From Escherichia phage C119, in the sequence record NC_042046.1: 47,319 nt of DNA; one strand, 5' to 3'. The notes under the pieces were generated by a model. The model saw only the letters and a list, made by a program, of their open reading frames with translations, was not told the DNA's origin and made no database searches. Positions within the stretch are counted from its first letter, which is position 1. Each line of letters opens with the position of its first letter. The translations under genes were made by a program, and so were the position numbers. Below, piece after piece: positions 42,179-47,319 of this stretch.

Positions 42179-42464
42179 GCTATCAATCTGGTTCCTGGCT
42201 GGCATGTTGACGTGGATTTATTTCGTCGTCATGGCTTGACGAAAATGTTAAAAGTGGTTAGTATTAACCACGTAGACGGCAATGACCGTAACGCGCATCG
42301 CGGAGATGCAAGCCGATAGCCGGGCTGGATAAAGATACGAGGCAAATAAAACCGCAGTTAGACATTGAGAACTTCGCGAAGCGAACCAATCAATGCAGTA
42401 AGTCGGGCTTGACATTCCGAGGATTGTGAAACCTCCCCGCATTCGGTAAGCGGGACTCATTCTA

Positions 42465-42540
42465 GTTCTGCTGGCGTAACAGGATAACGCAGAGACCTCC
42501 TAAGTCTCAGTTACTGGTTCGAGTCCAGTGCGGAACACCA
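42465..42540 (+). tRNA. tRNA-Arg (anticodon CCU, reads AGG) with encoded CCA
   Basis: Hand-folded cloverleaf: acceptor gttctgc/gcggaac (7 bp, one G-U), D-arm gcgt-aacaggata-acgc, anticodon arm gagac-ctCCTaa-gtctc (U33, A37 present), 4-nt variable loop, T-arm actgg-TTCGAGT-ccagt, discriminator A, CCA. Confidence 0.75.
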
Positions 42541-42556
42541 AACATGGAGCATCCTA

Positions 42557-42742
42557 GTGAATAACTACGAAGTCCGTTTAACTTCCCGCCTAATGGGTCG
42601 GCAATGCAAATCTTGCCAGCAATCCTACGAAGGTAGGTTCATTGCTAAAAGCCCTGAAGAAGCAGTTGCAGCCGCAAAGGCAGCATTTAAGATTGACCTG
42701 ACAGTCCACAAAGTCAGCGTTGATAAAGTATCCCTCGTTTGA
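42557..42742 (+). CDS. Hypothetical protein (61 aa, CxxC)
   Basis: GTG start with GGAG RBS; followed by a strong terminator. Confidence 0.45.
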   Translation: MNNYEVRLTSRLMGRQCKSCQQSYEGRFIAKSPEEAVAAAKAAFKIDLTVHKVSVDKVSLV

Positions 42743-42769
42743 GATTGGTCATCTCGCAATGCAGTACTT

Positions 42770-42795
42770 TGCCCTCCTTGTGAGGGCTTTTTTTC
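42770..42795 (+). terminator. Rho-independent terminator upstream of terS
   Basis: gccctccttgtgagggc followed by T7; then TACAAT -10-like and AGGAGG RBS for terS. Confidence 0.75.
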
Positions 42796-42841
42796 GTCCA
42801 TAGTCATGGTACAATGACTTTTAAAACAGGAGGAATATCAA

Positions 42842-43357
42842 ATGTCAGAAGAGAAAAAAATTCACCAGAAGATTGGTAACTTCAAGGAGCTTTACAATAA
42901 GAAGTATGGCGACATTGCCAATCTTAAGATTAACCACAGATACACTCCCGAGCAGGTATTCGACATGGCTGTAAGGTATTTCAGCTGGGCTGAAGAGCAG
43001 GCAATTAAAGCTATCGAGACAGCAAGCTTTCAGGGTGTCGTAACGGAAAACCTTGTTCACAAGCCGAGGGTATTTACGATAACTGGATTCCAGCTTTTCT
43101 GCGGCGTTGGTCATAATGCTATTAGCAAATGGCGCTCATCACCAGGATTCGATGAAGTTATGGAGTTCGTCGACTCAGTTATCTTTGAACAGAAGTACCA
43201 GTTGGGTGTTAACAACATCGTCAACCCTGGACTTATTAGCAAAGACCTTGGCATCGATAAGCCGCAAGAGGTTAACATCAACAACGCTTCTAATGCTGTA
43301 GTAAACGACGAGGAAGCAATGAAGTCTGCTCTGGCTTCTGTAATGGATAAACTATGA
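42842..43357 (+). CDS. Terminase small subunit
   Basis: 171 aa ORF immediately upstream of, and ATGA-coupled to, the large terminase gene. Confidence 0.65.
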   Translation: MSEEKKIHQKIGNFKELYNKKYGDIANLKINHRYTPEQVFDMAVRYFSWAEEQAIKAIETASFQGVVTENLVHKPRVFTITGFQLFCGVGHNAISKWRSSPGFDEVMEFVDSVIFEQKYQLGVNNIVNPGLISKDLGIDKPQEVNINNASNAVVNDEEAMKSALASVMDKL

Positions 43358-44922
43358 AGACATTGGTTTGGGAAGAAATGACGCCAGCCGAAAAGCTGGC
43401 AGTTAAAGTGCTGTCCACTCACAGCTTCGAGGCATTCCTTCGCGTGTGGTTTCAGCTAAGCCAGGGAGAGCGATACATCCCTAACTGGCATCACAAGTAC
43501 CTTTGCCGAATAATTGACGAGGTTATTAGTGGCGAGCGTAGGGATACCATCATTAACGTGGCTCCCGGGGCCGGGAAGACCGAGATTACTTCAATACACT
43601 TCCCTGTATACTCAATGCTTAAGCTAAAGAAGGTGCGAAATCTGAGCCTCTCATTCTCTGACAGTCTGGTGAAGCGCAACTCTAAGCGTGTTCGCGACCT
43701 TATAAAGTCAGCTGAGTTTCAGGAACTATGGCCCTGTAAGTTCGGCACGTGCAAGGATGACGAGATTCAGGTTCTTGACGAGAGTGGAAAGGTTAGGTTC
43801 GAAGCGATATCTAAGGCAATTGGCGGTCAGATTACCGGCGCTCGTGGCGGTTATATTACTGAAACCTATAGCGGTTGCTTGATGCTTGATGACCCAGACA
43901 AGCCAGACGATATGCTCAGCAAGGTAAGGCGAGAAGCTGTCCACGTTTTACTTAAAAATACCATTCGCTCACGTAGGGCGAGTAGCGTTAAAGGTAAAGC
44001 TACGCCGATTTTGTCCATCCAGCAAAGGCTTCATACGCAGGATTCGACGTGGTTCATGACTTCTGGTGGTATGGGTATCGACTTTGATGTATTGAAGATA
44101 CCGGCGCTGGTCACTGAAGAATATGTGAATGAACTTCCTGACTGGATTCGTGAGCAGTTCGAGAAGGACGTGCTTTCATCCGAGTACGTCGAGCGAGATG
44201 GTGTTAAGTATTACAGCTACTTCCCGCAGAAGGAATCTGCGCATGACTTGATGGCAATGTGGGACTCAGATCCGTACACGTTCCTAAGCCAGTACCAACA
44301 ATCTCCAGTAGCCTTAGGTGGAAACCTGATTAACGTAGATTGGTTCGTGAGGCTTGACGAGAACAACAGGCCGCCAGTCAAGTATGACTACCGCTTCATT
44401 ACAGCTGATACTGCCATGACTACGAAGAGTTACAGCGATTATTCTGTGTTCCAGCTTTGGGGTAGAAAGGATAACAAGATTTATCTTCTGGATATGGTTA
44501 GGGGTAAATGGGAGGCTCCAGAGCTTGAGCAAACTCTTCTGAACTTTGAGAGTAAGCACCGAGCAGCTAGTAAAACAGATGGTATCTTACGTAAGGTTAT
44601 TATCGAGAAGAAAGCATCTGGCATAGGGCTTATCCAGTCAGCAGGTCGAACGATGCGGACTCCTATTGAGCCTTTCGTTCCCGATACAGATAAGTTAACC
44701 AGGGTGATGAGCGCATTACCACAGATTAAGGCTGGTAACGTAGTTCTGCCAGACTCAGCGCCATGGCTTACATCTCTGCTAACTGAGTTCTCGGCGTTCA
44801 CTGCGGACGATTCACACCCCCATGATGACATTGTAGATACAACAACGATGGCAATAAACTGTGAATTGAACTTGAGTGACGACCCAAGAGCTAGGTTAAT
44901 GAGGCTAGCTGGAGTTAAGTAA
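43354..44922 (+). CDS. Terminase large subunit
   Basis: 522 aa; Walker A NVAPGAGKTE; C-terminal nuclease-type acidic residues; followed by the portal gene. Confidence 0.85.
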   Translation: MKTLVWEEMTPAEKLAVKVLSTHSFEAFLRVWFQLSQGERYIPNWHHKYLCRIIDEVISGERRDTIINVAPGAGKTEITSIHFPVYSMLKLKKVRNLSLSFSDSLVKRNSKRVRDLIKSAEFQELWPCKFGTCKDDEIQVLDESGKVRFEAISKAIGGQITGARGGYITETYSGCLMLDDPDKPDDMLSKVRREAVHVLLKNTIRSRRASSVKGKATPILSIQQRLHTQDSTWFMTSGGMGIDFDVLKIPALVTEEYVNELPDWIREQFEKDVLSSEYVERDGVKYYSYFPQKESAHDLMAMWDSDPYTFLSQYQQSPVALGGNLINVDWFVRLDENNRPPVKYDYRFITADTAMTTKSYSDYSVFQLWGRKDNKIYLLDMVRGKWEAPELEQTLLNFESKHRAASKTDGILRKVIIEKKASGIGLIQSAGRTMRTPIEPFVPDTDKLTRVMSALPQIKAGNVVLPDSAPWLTSLLTEFSAFTADDSHPHDDIVDTTTMAINCELNLSDDPRARLMRLAGVK

Positions 44923-44933
44923 TCATGATAAAC

Positions 44934-44959
44934 TGCCCCTTACTCAGGGGCTTTTTTAT
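44934..44959 (+). terminator. Hairpin plus T-tract between terL and portal
   Basis: gccccttactcaggggc followed by ttttttatt; the same cttttttattggagaaat...atg junction precedes gpL at 11380-11403. Confidence 0.55.
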
Positions 44960-44971
44960 TGGAGAAATTAC

Positions 44972-46246
44972 ATGGTAAAAGCAGACAGCTACGCAAACAT
45001 CTTTCTCAACGGGAGTGATGGTAGCGAGATTTACGGAAAGCTTGGCGGCCTTGGCCTAACAGCTCCAGCGCAGCTTGAGCAGCTTTACGTCAACAGCGCA
45101 CTGGTTCGCCGAATCATTGATATCGTGCCGGAGGTTGTACTTGGTGCTGGCTTTAACATCGAAGGCATCAGCGATGAAGGTGCTTTCTGGTCTCGATGGG
45201 ATGATTTAGACCTTTCAGATAGCGTAATTGACGCCCTGGCGTGGGCAAGGTTATACGGTGGCGCAGCTGTAGTAGCAATAGTTAAGGATGGTAGGGCGCT
45301 AACTAGCCCAGCTCGTGAAGGTGCGGAGCTCGAAACCGTTCGCGTATACGACCGGCAGCAAGTAAAAGTGCAGACTCGCGAGGAGAATCCACGAAACGCT
45401 CGATTTGGTAAGCCATTAACTTACCGCATCACGCCAAATGGTTCAGCTACGTTCTATGATGTACACTACACACGTTGCCATATCATTGATGGCGAGCGAG
45501 TGCCTAACAATTTACGTCGTAATAACGATGGTTGGGGCGCAAGCGTGCTAACTAGTGACTTAATCGACGCGATTGACGACTATCAGAACTGCGAGAGACT
45601 GGCTACTCAGTTACTGCGTCGTAAGCAGCAGGCTGTATGGAAAGCTAAAGGCCTTGCTGACTTGTGCGATGATTCGGATGGATTTGGCGCGGCTCGTTTA
45701 CGTCTGGCTCAGGTAGATAATAACAGTGGCGTTGGTCAGGCTATCGGGATTGACGCGGAGAGTGAAGAGTACAACGTTCTCAACTCAGATATTGGCGGTA
45801 TTGATACATTTCTGAGTCAGAAGTTCGATCGAATCGTTGCCCTGAGCGGCATCCATGAAATTATTCTCAAAGCCAAGAATACTGGCGGTGTATCAGCCAG
45901 CCAAAATACGGCTCTGGAAACTTTCTATGGTTACGTTGACCGCAAGCGCAAGGCTGAATTACTGCCCCTTCTTGAGTTCCTGATTTCATTCATTGTAAGT
46001 GAGCAGGAATGGTCAGTAGAATTTAACCCTCTATCGCAGATTAGCGACAAGGATAAATCTGAGATTCTTGAGAAGAACGTCAATTCAGTTGCCGCATTGA
46101 TTGCAGCTGGAATCATTGACGCAGACGAAGCAAGAGATACGTTGCGCGCAATTTCAACTGAGGTTAAGATTGGCGAAGGCTCAATTCAAACGGAGGTTGT
46201 AATTAATGAATCAGAAGACCCGCTGGATGTATCCGCAAATAATTGA
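44972..46246 (+). CDS. Portal protein
   Basis: 424 aa, directly downstream of terL, acidic C-terminus. Confidence 0.8.
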   Translation: MVKADSYANIFLNGSDGSEIYGKLGGLGLTAPAQLEQLYVNSALVRRIIDIVPEVVLGAGFNIEGISDEGAFWSRWDDLDLSDSVIDALAWARLYGGAAVVAIVKDGRALTSPAREGAELETVRVYDRQQVKVQTREENPRNARFGKPLTYRITPNGSATFYDVHYTRCHIIDGERVPNNLRRNNDGWGASVLTSDLIDAIDDYQNCERLATQLLRRKQQAVWKAKGLADLCDDSDGFGAARLRLAQVDNNSGVGQAIGIDAESEEYNVLNSDIGGIDTFLSQKFDRIVALSGIHEIILKAKNTGGVSASQNTALETFYGYVDRKRKAELLPLLEFLISFIVSEQEWSVEFNPLSQISDKDKSEILEKNVNSVAALIAAGIIDADEARDTLRAISTEVKIGEGSIQTEVVINESEDPLDVSANN

Positions 46247-46970
46247 GAGCCAGATTAATCGCAGCCTTTTGGTTGCGGTATCTGAACTTATTGAGCAAAT
46301 GAAGTTATCTGCAAAGAGGCTAAAAATTGACACAGCGCAGGAGATTGAAGAGGAAGATTCAGACCTTTCAGATGTAATCTCAGCGCTGCTATCTGGTTTT
46401 GTTTCCACTCTGCCTGCGCTGGCACTAGCAATATATCGTTATAACTCGGCGCAATTCCTTAAGGTGGCCAACAACTCCGGAGGTAAGGATAATCCTGTAG
46501 TTCTTGCGCTAGGATTGTATGGTATTAACGCGGATGAACCATGGTGGCTCGACACCAGGAACTCATGGATTGTTGGCACGCAGTTAAGTGCATCAAAGCT
46601 GCTAAACAACATCAAGGATGATTTCATAAACAACGCCATTACTGCGCAGGCTGGTAACACTGTTGACCTTGATGATAGATACCGAATCTACAGAAAGAGA
46701 ACAGCAAATATCGCTGCTGGAATTACAGGGTCTCTAAACTCAAACCTTATGCGGAGAAGGCTTGAAGATGCCGGTGTATCTCAGTATGTTTGGCGTGGTA
46801 GACTTGACGACAAAGAGCGACCATCTCACGTTTTGCGTGAGGGGGTTAGCTTTAAATCAGATGGTTCGGACGCTGGAAAACTTGACGGCCTTGCGATATT
46901 CCCCGGTCAGCAATACGGGTGTCGTTGCTGGGCTGTTCCTAAATGGGAGAATTTAATTAATGAAGAGTAA
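46206..46970 (+). CDS. Head morphogenesis protein (Mu F / SPP1 gp7-like)
   Basis: Position after portal; C-terminal ...GQQYGCRCWAVP resembles the conserved C-terminus of MuF-like minor head proteins. Confidence 0.65.
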   Translation: MNQKTRWMYPQIIESQINRSLLVAVSELIEQMKLSAKRLKIDTAQEIEEEDSDLSDVISALLSGFVSTLPALALAIYRYNSAQFLKVANNSGGKDNPVVLALGLYGINADEPWWLDTRNSWIVGTQLSASKLLNNIKDDFINNAITAQAGNTVDLDDRYRIYRKRTANIAAGITGSLNSNLMRRRLEDAGVSQYVWRGRLDDKERPSHVLREGVSFKSDGSDAGKLDGLAIFPGQQYGCRCWAVPKWENLINEE

Positions 46971-47313
46971 AATGCGTTATGATAGCGCCAAGGTAAAAGC
47001 CCGTTTCGATGAGAACGGTTTTCTCGTGGACACCCCAGTGGTTGCTCGCGTAGGTGTACAAACCTACTATATGCCAGATGGTTCAGAGCGCCGAGAGTTC
47101 CGTCCGGCTTCAGAGGTTTTTAAAGCCGATTCGCTGCAAAGTTACCAGGGTAAGCCGCTTACTCTTGGTCACGTGGTTGTAAACTCTGAAAATGCTAAAG
47201 AGGTGGTTGTTGGTTCTGTATCTGGGTCAGCAATGCGTCAGGACTCGGCAGTGATTGTTCCTCTTACCGTTTACGACAAGGAAGCAATTGAGAAGGCCAA
47301 AAGAGCCAAGTAA
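46960..47313 (+). CDS. Hypothetical head-module protein (117 aa)
   Basis: ATG 46960 overlapping the MuF-like stop; lies between the head-morphogenesis gene and the scaffold-like frame at the window edge. Confidence 0.45.
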   Translation: MKSKMRYDSAKVKARFDENGFLVDTPVVARVGVQTYYMPDGSERREFRPASEVFKADSLQSYQGKPLTLGHVVVNSENAKEVVVGSVSGSAMRQDSAVIVPLTVYDKEAIEKAKRAK

Positions 47314-47319
47314 GGAAAA

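Noticed and set aside
42248-42460. Minus-strand 70-aa ORF upstream of the tRNA
   Set aside because: No RBS, opposite to all flanking transcription, and overlaps structured noncoding sequence next to the tRNA.
1-47319. Search for CRISPR arrays, rRNA genes, an integrase/attachment site, and a retron or group I intron
   Set aside because: No regularly spaced direct repeats with unique spacers, no rRNA-like conserved blocks, and no recombinase-like ORF were seen; the only reiterated element is the promoter-like cassette, whose intervening sequences are genes, not spacers.

Overview
This window reads as a nearly genome-sized slice of a tailed dsDNA phage with a lambda-like tail tip and overall T1-like (Drexlerviridae-like) siphovirus layout; the family assignment is from gene content and order, not a database search. 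The plus-strand structural module runs terS, terL, portal, MuF-like head protein, scaffold, decoration-like protein, collagen-like protein, major capsid, neck proteins, major tail protein, frameshifted chaperones, tape measure and tail-tip proteins M/L/K/I/J. A receptor-binding protein and a lipoprotein sit on the minus strand, followed by a recombination module (PD-(D/E)XK exonuclease, ERF-like annealing protein, SSB), a minus-strand beta-helix tailspike, primase, SF2 helicase, VRR-NUC nuclease, a lysis cassette (holin, endolysin, unimolecular spanin), three HNH-AP2 homing endonucleases, about 30 small early ORFs and one tRNA-Arg(CCU). No integrase, CI-type repressor, DNA polymerase, rRNA or CRISPR array was seen. 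The strongest candidates for something undescribed are: (1) a conserved ~70-bp gene-boundary cassette in about 17 copies on both strands, often containing the upstream gene's stop codon; (2) a 529-aa P-loop protein with an inverted 186-aa mini-paralog that keeps only its N- and C-termini; (3) two copies of an AT-rich (TTA)n element at both divergent junctions, one beside iteron-like repeats; (4) a self-contained small gene inserted between tail genes M and L; (5) a collagen-like protein inside the head module. All functional calls rest on motif recognition by eye, with no database searches run.
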